Shown one piece after another: positions 12,820 to 26,093 of a stretch of DNA of 64,000 nt. The DNA lies in assembly GCF_006345805.1 (NCBI RefSeq), contig NC_043001.1, positions 35,092,001-35,156,000 of the forward strand, in the 5' to 3' direction. The DNA is from Octopus sinensis. Lineage: Eukaryota. Both the position numbers and the translations under genes were made by a program. The notes beneath the pieces are model-generated. The model did no database searches, was not told the origin of the DNA, and was given only the letters and a program-made list of their open reading frames with translations. Numbering within the stretch: the stretch's first letter is position 1; each line of letters starts with the position of its first letter.

Positions 12820-12967
12820 GGCAGTTACGTTCTGAGTTCAAATTCCTCCGAGGTGGTCTTTGCCTTTCATCCATTCGGGGTCGATAAAGTAAGTAACAGT
12901 TGCATACTGGGGTTCGATCTAATCGGCTGGCCCCCTCCCCCAAAATTTCGGGCCTAGAGCAGAAAAG
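12820..12967 (+). mobile_element. SINE family A, 5'-truncated, tail A2
   Basis: B box and central block intact; TSD-like TATTGCTAG at 12811-12819 and 12970-12978. Confidence 0.85.
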
Positions 12968-13174
12968 TATATTGCTAGAGTAGTACGTCAAAGTGGACTG
13001 CGCAGTAAAAAAAGAAAAGATTTCATTGCAACAACCATTGGTTTCGTAATTATTATTATATGCTAGGTATGCATAGGCAAAAAGATGTTAATAACACAAT
13101 TCCACATTTCAGCGTCCTTCATAGACTGGTTGCGTGTCAGTGAATAAGGAAAATATTTTTCACCCAAATACCTA

Positions 13175-13404
13175 TTTCTTTATTACCCACATGGGGCTAA
13201 ACATAGAGGGGACAAACAAGGACAGACAAAGGTGTTAAGTCGATTACATCGACTCCAGTGCGCAACTGGTACGTAATTTATCGACCCCGAAAGAATGAAA
13301 GGCAAAGTCAACCTCGGCGGAATTTGAACTCACAACGTAACGACAGACGAAGTACCGCTCAGCATTTCGCCTGGCGTACTAACATTTCTGCCAGCTCGCC
13401 GCCT
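13175..13404 (-). mobile_element. SINE family A, full length, tail A1
   Basis: TSD TTTTTCACCCAAATACCTA at 13156-13174 and 13405-13423. Confidence 0.9.
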
Positions 13405-14315
13405 TTTTTCACCCAAATACCTAGACATTTAATTGTTCAGCCAAATGTATATATTTTTAGTTTGTTAAACCGAGGTTACAATGAAATTACTATGAAACAT
13501 TATAGCCATATGAGAATGATAATTTTTCGCACAAAAACCCCCAGACTAAAAAAAAATGTATTTATGAATAGATATATTTGTTCAAACTGCATACTTTAGG
13601 GACAAGTTTTCTGTGCAGGAAGTCCTACACTCGAACATAGGAAATTAAAATTTCTTTCGGTATTCTGTAATCGAAGGAAGTCTATCGCATAGTTTCTAAA
13701 AATACCTCATTCATTGAAATAAAGGATGTGTTTTTGGACAGCTTATTTCTGAAGGGAGAAAAAGGTTGGGATATGTTATTAAATGGCTCTCATTGTCAAT
13801 TAACCCAATGGTTTATGAATTTAAGTACTGGTTAATAAAATTAGCATATGTCTGAGAGGTTATGCATTGTGCTATTGATATTCGAGTAATAGGCATGTTA
13901 ATATTAGTTTCACAAAAACGTTTACGATTACCTCTTCCTCTCCCTCTCTCCCCCTCTCTCTCTTTCTCTCTCTTTCTGTACATGTGTATATATGTGTGTG
14001 TTTGTGCGTGTATTCAGGTGTGCTATGGAGGATGTGCCTGCCGCTACGTTTTGTTGCCGTACATATTCGATAGGTTTCTTACAAAAAAAAAACTAATGCT
14101 CTTAGCTTAGACTTTTTTGCTGACAACCAGATCGAACTGTCTCGCGTGTAACTGCCCGAAACAGTAAGGACTTCTAGTAACTTGACTGATAAAAGAAGGC
14201 CACGAATGACGCGTCTTATTTTGCCTGTCTTTCTAATGGTTGTTTCTACTGTACGCCTTTGGATCGTCTATCTGCCCGTATGCTTTATTGTCCTTTATTG
14301 CGTTTGTATTCCATA

Positions 14316-14351
<36 letters not shown>

Positions 14352-14539
14352 CTGTGTGTGTGAGTGTGTGTGTGTGTATTTATGTGTGTATGTATGTGTG
14401 TGTGTTTGTGTGTTTGTGTGGTCAAATCGGATGTTAAAAGCTGGATATTAACAATCGAACATTAAAAGTAACAATAACTAAACAAGAAGAGGACGTGCAC
14501 ATGGGATATCATAGTTTGACGCTCAATGCAAGTAGAAAA

Positions 14540-14585
14540 CGTGGGTTTTTAATGGTTTGAGCATAGCTCTTCGTCAGAAAGGTAA
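14540..14585 (-). ncRNA. Decayed type I hammerhead ribozyme motif within a short repeat (about 14470-14640)
   Basis: Minus strand CUUU-CUGACGA-A-GAGC-UAU-GCUC-AAAC: canonical 5' core and stem II, but G12 is missing and stem III is broken. Confidence 0.5.
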
Positions 14586-14796
14586 ACAGATAAGAACCGC
14601 AGAAGTTGTAAATATCCGTGATTCCGCTCGCTATGAAACATATGTAGCCCGGGTCTTATCTACTCCATTCCTTAAATCCTGTATTCTTATTCGCATTCCA
14701 GGCAACTCTGGTTGTTTACCGTGAAATATAAAAAAGAACATTTTTCAATTTATCGTACTTTGATACCGAAAAAAATCCACAACCTTCCATATCAAT

Positions 14797-15165
14797 GGAA
14801 GCACTCCGTCGGTTACGACGATGAGGGTTCCGGTTGATCCGACCAACGGAACAGCCTGCTCGTGAAATTAACGTGTAAGTAGCTGAGCACTCCACAGACA
14901 CGTGTACCCTTAACGTAGTTCTCGTGGATATTCAGCGTGACACATAGAGTGACAAGGCTGGCCCTTTGAAATACAGGTACAACAGAAACAGGAAGAAAGA
15001 GTGAGAGAAAGTTGTGGTGAAAGAGTACAGCAGGGATCACCACCATCCCTTGCCGGGATGGTGGAGCTTTAGGTGTTTTCGCTCACAACGCCCGGTCTGG
15101 GAATCGAAACCGCGATGCTACGACCGTGAGTCCGCTGCCCTAACCACTGGGTCATTGCGCCTCCA
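14797..15165 (-). mobile_element. tRNA-derived SINE: head/middle D + tail X
   Basis: Head as in 7895-8213, tail as in 4271-4583; TSD CTTCCAT(A/G)TCAAT at 14784-14796 and 15166-15178. Confidence 0.85.
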
Positions 15166-15419
15166 CTTCCATGTCAATAAACCACTATTGTCCCTGAAAG
15201 TTGCTTTGCTATTTTTACTACGAATTGCTTGAGGTTAACTATCTTCCTGCACCTCGATCATTGGATCTTATATATATATACGAGCAAAACGCCCCCCGTC
15301 CAATGGACGCTGCTGAATCATATCTGCTGAATAAAAAGCAATCAGTGTTTTCTTTCTATTAAAAAATGATTAAGCATGCCTTTATTTCAATAAATGTTTT
15401 TCCTTAAACGAAGTTATGG

Positions 15420-15770
15420 CAAAAATTAAAACTTTTTGAGAAACCAAATAGTCTTTCCTTCATTCATGCCAAGTTTGAAGGAAATATCTCTTTTGCATCT
15501 TACTTTTTTGGTCTCTTAAATATACTACATTTTCTGGCATTATTTCAAGCCAGTTGGCTTTTTTTGCGCAAACTGCACGTGCATTTTTCTCGCTCACGCG
15601 TGGTATCGATCGGTATATCTGATATACTTGCGCGTAAAAATGCACGCTCTCACGATTTTTCAAGACTTATACACACCCTAATACCGTCGGTATCTACATA
15701 TCAAATTTGAGCGCAATCGGATGGAGGATGCCCGAGATCCTAGAAGACACACACAGAGACAGACATATGT
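15420..15770 (+). mobile_element. Possible Helentron/HINE-like non-autonomous element
   Basis: Internal inverted repeat GTGCATTTTT/AAAAATGCAC and AAATTTGAGCGCAATCGGATG...ACACACAGAGACAGAC layout recalled from DINE-1-like elements; assignment is from memory only. Confidence 0.35.
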
Positions 15771-16390
15771 ATATATAAATTTATGAACCTGTTATATGTA
15801 TGTAAAGACAAAGATATAGATAATATTAGATAAAAATGCAAAAGAATCAAATTTAAAAAAACGTCGCGTCAAATAACAACAGAATATCCACATTTTTAAA
15901 AAACATTTGGCTACGCTTCATGATTCCTATATTATATTTATTGGTGTTTAGTCGCCACTGATCTTTGTACAGACGTTTAACGTGAAACATGATGTTGACA
16001 TCAAGAATGATTGTAACAAGACTTCAGGTATATATATACACATGAACATAGATATAACTACACAAACTTATAGATAAAAAAAGCAAAAATGTCATAAACA
16101 TACATGTACACATTTGTGTGTTGGCTTATATTAATTAATGTGCGCGTATATATATATGTATATGTATATATGTTGGCTTATAGAAATTAGTATATATTTA
16201 TGCGTGTGTGTAGAGAGAGAGAGAAAGAGAGAGAGTGAGTCGACGCAGAGTTGACGTGAACGTACATAAAGCAGACAATGCAGTCGCAAAAAAGAAAAAG
16301 AATGCAGACACTAGGTCACTTTTCAGCATAGAAGCATAAAGCTTGATTACTTTTAAAAACGCATAAAAATATGAATGCACGTATATATCT

Positions 16391-16622
16391 ATTTCTTTAC
16401 TACCCACAATGGGCTAAACACAAAGGGGACAAACAAGGACAGACAAACGGATTAAGTCGATTATATCGACACCAGTGCGTAACTGGTACTTATTTAATCG
16501 ACCCCGAAAGGATGAAAGGCAAAGTCGACCTCGGCGGAGTTTGAACTCAGAACGTAACGGCAGACGAAATACGGCTACGCATTTCGCCCGGCGTGCTAAC
16601 GTTTCTGCCAGCTCGCCGCCTT
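16391..16622 (-). mobile_element. SINE family A, full length, tail A1
   Basis: TSD ACGTATATATCT at 16379-16390 and 16624-16635. Confidence 0.9.
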
Positions 16623-16659
16623 AACGTATATATCTGCGCCTGTAACCTATGTGTGTGTG

Positions 16660-16722
<63 letters not shown>

Positions 16723-16779
16723 ATATGTGTGTGTGTGTAACATAAACAAACACGGTGTGCGTTGCGCTATATGGATACA

Positions 16780-17045
16780 TCAAGGGTTGAACTGAGAGAA
16801 CACAACAAGGAGTAAAAAATTAGACGAAACCAGAGCAAACGGAAAACTAGACGTTAACTTTACGGACAAAGACGCGATACACGAAATATTTGTAGCTGAT
16901 TTTTGAATCACGAGAAAACTCAGCTGCAAATATTCCGGGTCTCGTCTTTTTGCCTAAACTGCCTGTCCGTAAAGTTTTGTTTTCCGTTTGCTCTGCTTTC
17001 GTCTAACTTTTCCTCCTTTCTGTATTCTTTCTGTTCAACACTTGA
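16780..17045. mobile_element. Foldback MITE (whole element is a hairpin)
   Basis: TCAAGGGTTGAAC/GTTCAACACTTGA ends; inner arms TTAGACGAAACCAGAGCAAACGGAAAAC/GTTTTCCGTTTGCTCTGCTTTCGTCTAA, ACTTTACGGACA/TGTCCGTAAAGT, AATATTTGTAGCTGA/TCAGCTGCAAATATT. Confidence 0.8.
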
Positions 17046-17339
17046 CATATATACATTATGTAATTAAAACTAGCTTAACATTTTAATGAACGTGGAGATT
17101 AGTTTTGTTCTATGTGTTAATATATAAGAAAAATAAAGCTATAGAGATACGTATTCACAATATACATGCTCATAGTTCTACTGAAATTTTATTAGTCATA
17201 TGTATTCTATAGGTGAGTTTAGCACAAATAATTTATAATAAACGTTAAAAGGAAACAAGGGAAATTAGGGGATCACACGCTGCTTCAATTCTTTTGTATA
17301 GAAAACTCTTTTAGTATATACAGTTTTCGTTCCGCGGTC

Positions 17340-17470
17340 CCTCCACCATCATTTCATAGCTGATTTTGGTTTCTTTACGTCCCCATAACTTAGAGGTTCG
17401 ACAAAAGACACCGATCGAATAAGTACTAGGCTTACAAAGACTGAAACAAATAAAAGAATTAAAGAATAAA

Positions 17471-17472
<2 letters not shown>
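17340..17472 (+). mobile_element. SINE family C 3' fragment
   Basis: TTTACGTCCCCATAACTTAGAGGTTCGACAAAAGACACCGATCGAATAAG matches the reverse of 35380-35450; ends in (AAAGAAT)n. Confidence 0.6.
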
Positions 17473-17504
<32 letters not shown>

Positions 17505-18727
17505 TTATCTATATGTATGTATACATACATAGAAACGCACATATTTCCGAGTACGTGGTGATACTATAAAATGCAAATGTTCCTTACATTTGAAGTGTTA
17601 AAAGTCTGCAGGAACATGATGCTTTTGGATTCAGTGCACACCATTGTCCATGCTTTTTAGTTAATTGTGTTGACAGTTTGGAGATTGAGCGTAAGTGTAG
17701 GCTGAAAGGAGCCAGGAAGTAAAGAAGTTAATAAGTGTGCTATGGTCGACACAGGATTGTGATGGTTATCATGCCAGAATGATAGAGGTAAATGAGGAAG
17801 TTTGACCAAATAAATTGAACATTTTCAAGAAAGAATTATGCAGTTAAAACAGCGGTGTTAGGAAGCTATTGCGGATAGGCAGCATAGCATATATATATAT
17901 AAGCATACATTGTTGCATGCGTAAATACACACACACACACACGCACACACATATATATATATATATATATACATACTCTGCGACTGATATTTTGGAGCAG
18001 TTATTTCAACTTGTATGTGTGATTCTGTCATATAAAATAAAACATCTAGAAACAATTGATAGCTGGAATCGGCAAATGTATTTCGTGAGAACGCAGCTTG
18101 CATTATAATCTCTTACATATACATGTGTGTGTGTGTGTGTTTGTGTGCGTGTGTGTGTGTGTGCGAGTGTGTGTTTTTATGGTAACCTCCTTACATATAC
18201 AGGAATAAACACAGACACAGGCAGAGATACAGAGAGAAAGGAAAAGATGCAAAGGCATAGAAAGAAAATGATACCCAGATCGTATATGAAAGAGATAGAG
18301 ACAGAGAGGGAAAGAGAGTAGAGAGAGAGAGAGAGAGAGAGGGGGGGACAGCGAGAGAGAGAGACGGAGAGAGAGACAGACAGACAGAGATGTGTATGTT
18401 TGTGGGTGTATGTGTGTAGATTAAATACAATATATAAAATCCTTGATTGATTATTGATAACAGTCTTCTTTATACTTCAATATATTTCGTTCTTAAACCA
18501 GAAAAGAAAATTGAAATGCTAATTAATTTCCACCAGTTGATTATTTATTTTATTTGCATTTCATTCTACCGAATATATTTCGCAAGTTGATTTAATGAGA
18601 AAAAGTTATTTTGGTACTGAAATCAATTTTGGCACATGTGTACTCAACGTTTTCATAAATATATTATATATCACTAACGAGGGATAATATCAGAAAACCC
18701 ATACGACCAACTTATGCATTATCATAT

Positions 18728-18825
<98 letters not shown>

Positions 18826-18968
18826 TATCTATATCTATCTATCTATCTATTTATCTATCTATAGATATTGATATAGATATATATATATATATATATGCAT
18901 ATATATATCTATATCTATATATTTGTTTGTGTGCGTATATTTATATATATATATGTATATATGTATAC

Positions 18969-19027
<59 letters not shown>

Positions 19028-20723
19028 GTGTGTGTGTGTGTGCGTGTGTGTGTGTATGTTGTACAAATTTCAAAATATATTCCTCCCTTTTTTTTTTGCT
19101 AATCATATTTCTTCTGCGGAAATAGATTGCGAAGCGTATAAAATATTTTTGATTTTTATCTATTTCAACGTTTCGATTTTATTTCATTTTTATACGTAAT
19201 TATTTCTATTTTGACAAAGATTTCAAAGGATGAATGTTTTATGTTTCTTTAATTAACATTTCGTGTTGACATGGAAAATCGAATTTCTATTTCGGTCATC
19301 CTAAAAAGCGCACATGTACACCTAGACCTACATACACGCAAACACACACGCGTGCACACGTACACACACACACACGAACAGACTTACATGCTCCCTCTCT
19401 GTTTTTATTTCTCACATATACACACATATATATATATGTAGATACATATATTTACACGCATATATATGTATATATGTGCATGCATATGTATAGAAAAACA
19501 TATAGATATGAATATCTATCTATATCTACATCTAACTATCTCTCTCTTTCTCTCTGTCTCTCTCTCTCTATATATATATGTATATATATATGCATATATA
19601 TGTATGTATATATATATATATGTACATATTTTATCTTTCGTTTTGTCTCTCTCATCTCTCTCTCTGTCTCTCCTTTTGTATATATATATATGCATATCCG
19701 TATGCATCTATGTATGCACACATATGCATATGCATATGTGTGTATGTGTGTTTGTATGGGGGGTGCGCTCGTACATATGCATATAAATACATACTCGTCT
19801 ATATGCAGATAGACAACCATTACTATTTTCTCTAACCATACGTATTTCTCTACTGAGAGATACAGGCATTCGCTCGCGCAATATACATACATACGGATTA
19901 TAAAGTAATAACTTTTTACATTTTATTTCTTCCATTTCAATATCATATCTGCTGAAAATTGAAATTTCTATTACCCTTTTCTCTATTGATTGACACATAT
20001 ATTAAAAATTGTGGCTAGTTTTGTTGTTTTTAAGTATTTTACTACGATAAGAAGAGTGATATATTTTCAGATATTACTCGCGCTGGTTTTGTCACCAACA
20101 TCAATATTAATGATACTTTTTTCTTTTTTTTTCATGTTAGCAAATTTTCGTATGGCAGCTATCCGAAAAGATAATGCTGATGCTGTTGTTGTTTAGCTCC
20201 TGGCCAACCCTGATCGGGACTAAATATGACGAAAGATAATCCAACCGTGTACATCTCAACTCTTTCTAAGTTCAGTGCAAACAGGACACGTTATCCTATG
20301 TCCTGTTCATAGACTAGGGTGAACTTTAAAGACAGTTTGCGTACTATTTATAGCATATTGGTATTATATATATATATATATATATATAACTTGTAAACAA
20401 GGGCAATAAATGTAACCTTTAAAGGTATCTTTTAATAAGCTGGCCATTGATGGAATTTTTTCGAAAAATGTTATCGTATATTATATATATATATATATAT
20501 GTCAATATCAGGAGTTCATATATATATATATATACATACATACATATATATATATATATAATTTAGGATGAAATTTTTCGAAAAAAAAAAAGAGTTACGA
20601 TTTCAGGAGAACGATTGGGATCACGTGGATGAGAAAGGCGCGATCGAGAGAGGAGTGGACAGCGTGCCGTGACCAGCGGTGTCAAATGGACGCCTGACAG
20701 ACTGGTCGGTCAAGGTGATCAAT

Positions 20724-20771
<48 letters not shown>

Positions 20772-21631
20772 ATCGTTGGATAAATGATGCAATAGTTTCA
20801 TAGTGTTGTGATATATATGTATAACAGCCAGGACATCAAATCTTCCTCATGTTGCAGTAATAATTTAATGGTCTGATTATACTAGATTTCATTTTATGTG
20901 TATAAGATTGTGACTCTATTACTCGAGAGGAAAGCTAATCTTCAACGGAAAGCGAGTGATTTTCTCGCGGCAGAATGAATCTCCTAGACAGCTCTATCGC
21001 AATAGTCTATACTTTAGTGTAAAAATAACGTATATGCTCTTCATAAATCTTGAGTTAGGGTAATCACCTCTCGAATTCTTTTTGAACATACGTCAGCTTT
21101 ACTGCAAAAATTTTGGTGCGGAACTATAAAAAACAAAAAAAACCTTAACGATTTCATGATATCTAAAGAGATATGATAGAAGTTTAACGTCCATTAGATT
21201 CATCAGAGAATGAGAATCATGTTTAAGACCGGGCGTTTTTCAGATCTCATGAAAGTGTAAACACTTAGCATCTTGGAACTTTGAAACAGTTCCCTTGTCA
21301 GTGTACTGAGGATAGAGAAAGCAGTCCGCAGGAACGAACTATTGCAAAGCAGAAAGGCTCTTTCAGCATTTATCAGAATAATGCATTCGCCAATTTGTTT
21401 ACTGGGTAGAGGGAAAAAATTTCATGACTGACTGTTGATATATGTATACGTAAACACTGCTTAGCGCCATTACTCCGATATCTATACATAGGTCGTGCTA
21501 TTATTAAACCGGAAGCCTAACAGTGGTCCTATTATAGCACTTACATAGACTTTTGGATCTTCTGCAAACCAAAACCTCTCGTATATATACATATCTATCT
21601 ATCTATCTATCTATCTATATATATATATATC

Positions 21632-21663
<32 letters not shown>

Positions 21664-22016
21664 GAGAGAAAGAGAGAGAAAGAGAGAATGAGAAAGAGGG
21701 AGATATTTATATGTATACATATATATCTGTGCGTGTCTGGTGATCTGTTTTGATAGATTAGAGTAATTGTTGCTATATTTTTTCATCTATTCCTTATCAT
21801 ACAAGGGGCATAAGGACGAAAGTTTGTGTCAAGCCACATAAGCTCTCACTACTTTGAAAGTTTAATCCCTGATGGTCGCAATATCCCCTTTGTAAATCTC
21901 AAATAAGCTGGACTGGAAATAAAATCACAGTTTTATTGATATTGTTGATTTATTACTGCTGTTTTTGTTGACACTGACTGTTAAGCAACAAAACAATGCT
22001 AAGATGAATTTTATTG

Positions 22017-22231
22017 TCTACTTCTAGGCACAAGGCCCGAAATTTGGGCGGAGGGATCCAGTCGATTAGATCGTCCCAAGTACGCAACTGGTACTTAATT
22101 TATCGACCCCGAAAGGATGAAATGCAGATTCAACCTTTGTTGAATTTGAACTCAGAACGTACAGACAAACAGACGAAATAACGTTAAGCATTTCGCCCGG
22201 CGTGCTAACGTTTCTGCCAGCTCGCCGCCTT
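22017..22231 (-). mobile_element. SINE family A, full length, tail A2
   Basis: Head CTGCCAGCTCGCCGCCTT, central block and CTAGGCACAAGGCCCGAAATTTGG tail (plus strand). Confidence 0.85.
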
Positions 22232-22261
22232 AATGACAATATGAAATTTATGAGTGTTTAT

Positions 22262-22262
22262 A

Positions 22263-22326
<64 letters not shown>

Positions 22327-22327
22327 G

Positions 22328-22359
<32 letters not shown>

Positions 22360-22379
22360 ATACTACTACTACTACTACT
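22262..22379. repeat. (TAC)n microsatellite
   Basis: Seen directly. Confidence 0.95.
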
Positions 22380-23379
22380 GAGTAGAAGTCGTGATTTCGG
22401 TTCCTAGGTCGGCTGTACACGTGTTCCTGAACAAAAGATCTTCATTTGCAGTTGCTCCGATCTACTCAGCTTTAATTGGGCAACATTTCGACGAATTGTA
22501 GTACAACCCTGAATCCTGACTCTCTGGAATTTGTTGTTCAACCGTTTCGAAGGGCAGTCAAATACTACAACCACCACCATCACAACCACCACAGCCACCA
22601 ACACCATTTCTTTACTTTCTTTTAGACCAAGGGTTCTCAACCATGCTTTTGCTTATGGAGCCGTTCGACTACTTTTGACTATTTTTTGCCTTTGACTATT
22701 TTATTCAGGGGGATCTCCATATCATTTGATGTTCAGAAATTCTTTTTAATGATACTTCTTTCGAGAAATTCCTTTTTGTTTTTCTTTTTCGCACAATTTC
22801 TTGTATAGATTGAGCAATGTAAAACGCACGAGAAAAAAAAACTAGCAGTTTCCTACAATACTTAACAATATATACATCTAAGCAAAATTGTTTTCAGTGA
22901 TGTTTAAAATATTATTTAGGGTCATTAATTTGCGATTTTATTGCATGGACCCCCTAAACAAATTAAGGATCCTCACGGGCCATATGGCCATATTAGAACC
23001 ATTGTATTAGACAAATAATTGCCTGAAACTTACCAAAAGTAAAGATAATAGTATACAGTCGTATGTAACTGAAGATGTTAGCAGAGGATTAACTAGAACC
23101 ATACACATACGGTAACACGGCACATCTCTTCCTTCACAGCTCAGATTGCAATAGGTCTCAGAGATGTATTTACACCAAAAATGACTGAGCTAATTCTATA
23201 CGCATATGTGGGTGTATATATGTATACATGCGTGTGTGTTTGTGCGTATGCATGTGTGGGTGTGTGCGAGTGTGTGTGTGTGCGTGTGTGTGCATGCGTG
23301 TGTGTGTATAATCCAACGATCGATTCAAAATTGAAGCATGGTAGACATATGGTTCTTTATATATACATACGCACGCGCA

Positions 23380-23597
23380 AAGGCGGCGAGCTGGCAGAAA
23401 CGTTAGCACGCCGGGGGAAATGCGTAGCCGTATTTCGTCTGTCGTTACGTTCCGAGTTCAAATTCCGCCGAGATCGACTTTGCCTTTCATCCTTTCGGGG
23501 TCAATAATTTAAGTACCAGTTACTCACTGGTGTCGATGTAATCGACTTAATCCGTTTGCCCTCTTTGTGTTTAGCCCCTTGTGGGTAGTAAAGAAAT
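23380..23597 (+). mobile_element. SINE family A, full length, tail A1 (internally shortened)
   Basis: TSD ATATATACATAC at 23359-23370 and 23598-23609. Confidence 0.9.
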
Positions 23598-23706
23598 ATA
23601 TATACATACTCACACACACATACAAAAACGCACACATACATATAATATATATATATACACATACACAGATACACCCCCATATGCATATACGCGTGTGCGT
23701 TTATGC

Positions 23707-23756
<50 letters not shown>

Positions 23757-23937
23757 CCGTCCGTCCTTGAGGTTCGCTTACGGGAACCGTTTTTTCTTTG
23801 AGTACGCATATAAACTCCCCTATTTTATTATGTCGTTTACTATTTAGTGATTCTAATCTGCAACAGCGGTTTTATGGGATCGTATCGAGTTCTGTCGATA
23901 TAACGTAGGATAAATACATCAATATCAATGATAATCC

Positions 23938-24301
23938 TTTCTACAGGAAGCACAATGTCTCAAATATGGGGTAAGGGATTAATTCGTTTACATCGTCCCA
24001 GTGCGTTACTGGTACGTACCTATTTAATTCACCACGAAAAGATGAAAGGCAAAGTCGACCTCTGCGGAATACCTATTTCTATTTCTTTACTACCCACAAG
24101 GGGCTAAACACAGAGAGGACAAACAAGGACGGACAAACGGATTATATCGACCTCAGTGCGTAACTGGTACTTAATTTATCGACCCCGAAAGAATGAAAGG
24201 TAAAGTCGACCTCGGCGGAATTTGAACCTTGAGCGTAGCGGCAGACGAAATACCGCTAAGTATTTCACCCGGCGTGCCAACACTTCTGCCAGCTCGCCAC
24301 C

Positions 24302-24302
<1 letters not shown>
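23938..24302 (-). mobile_element. SINE family A dimer (young A1 unit joined to an older partial unit)
   Basis: Junction GCGGAATACCTATTTC at about 24065-24080; one head at 24250-24302. Confidence 0.8.
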
Positions 24303-24380
<78 letters not shown>

Positions 24381-24386
<6 letters not shown>

Positions 24387-24495
24387 TCCATACAATAACC
24401 ATCAGAGCATCACAACAAATCACAGCACATACCCAAGGCACACAGAGTTGCGCTCGGTAGTGAAGTGAAAGCACGCTATAAAAATAAAACTACTG
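24381..24495 (+). mobile_element. Probable R4/Dong-like LINE 3' tip embedded in (TAA)n
   Basis: Begins ILSIQ* and a short UTR, flanked by (TAA)n on both sides; family assignment relies on recollection of similar ends. Confidence 0.4.
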
Positions 24496-24753
24496 AATAA
24501 TAATAATAATAATAATAACAACAAACCATAGATGGAATTCGTGTTTTAATTAAAATATTCATAAACTCCTTACCTAGATTATTATTATTATTATTGTTAT
24601 TGTTGCTGTTGTTGTTACTTTATACATACATATATTTATGTATGTATGTATGCATGTATGTATGTATGTATGCATGTATGTATGTATGTATGTATGTATG
24701 TATGTATCTATCTATCTATTTATTATCTATCTATCTTTCTATCTATCTATCTA

Positions 24754-24802
<49 letters not shown>

Positions 24803-25268
24803 ATGTATGTATATGTATGTATGTATGTATGTATGTATATGTATATAAATCAGTGAAGAAACACCTTTTATCAATTCAACAATAAATTATATATGATTAA
24901 ATTAAATTATACCATATAGCAAAAAAATTAGATTTACAATAAAAACGTATACCAATAATTAAGTAAAGTATAAAATAAAAAATAAAAAATATACAATTAG
25001 TAAAAGGACAAATTATACATGAGTGAAAACTAAAATACTATAATTTAATCTATATACATTAAATTAAATAATTTATTTATTAGAACTAAACATATGCCAA
25101 TAATTAAGTAATGATTATCAATTAGAGAAGAACCACCTTCTATCAAATCATTGTTGAATTGATAAAAGGTGGTTCTTCTCTAATTTATATACATAAATTT
25201 TATATTGTGAAACTTGATTTAGTATTACTAAATTGAATTTTTCCCTGTAAGTTTGGAATAATATTCCC

Positions 25269-25350
<82 letters not shown>

Positions 25351-25998
25351 GTTGTTGTTGTTGTTGTGTTGTTATTGTTGTATATATATATATATATATA
25401 TATAGACGGCAAGTGTTAAATTTGCCAGCACGTTTACACATGCACGTACACAGCGGTAAATACACACGCATTTACATACATATGTACGCATACGTATAAA
25501 CGTATAGACTTATATACCAAGCAACCTCAATAGAGAGATTCAAATCTTTATAATGAAATTTTTCTATCTTAATCAGTAGCAGATCCCAACGATTCGATTT
25601 CGCTTTTAGGTTAACTCTTTAGAAAATCATGCACAAAGAACAAACGGTATTATTCAAAAAGTAAAGAAATAACGACAAATAAGAATTCAAGGAAGATTCT
25701 CGTGGGAATATTTCAGTAGTTAATATAGAAGTCTATTTATCATAAGCTTTGTTTTGGTTATGGGTAAATAAGTTCCTTTGCCCTGGCTAAGTCTAGAAGT
25801 GTCATTATTTAAAATATTTAGAAAACTTTTTGGAATGATAGTTCTGAAAATACAGTAGCATGTAACAAGGATCATTAGAGATTATTCAAAATATTCAAAA
25901 TGGAGAAGGAAATAGCGAATATGTTATTCTCATATTTTTCAAGAGACGAGATATTAATACTATATATATATATATGCTGTTTTCAAAAGACGGGCTAC

Positions 25999-26093
<95 letters not shown>

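Noticed and set aside
22404-22640. 78-aa minus-strand ORF between (TAC)n tracts
   Set aside because: Partly repeat-derived, no splice or homology support that I can see.
24860-25260. Very AT-rich stretch considered as a mitochondrial insertion
   Set aside because: No mitochondrial gene or tRNA motif recognised; it ends in an (ATT)n tail and looks like a rearranged retroelement UTR.
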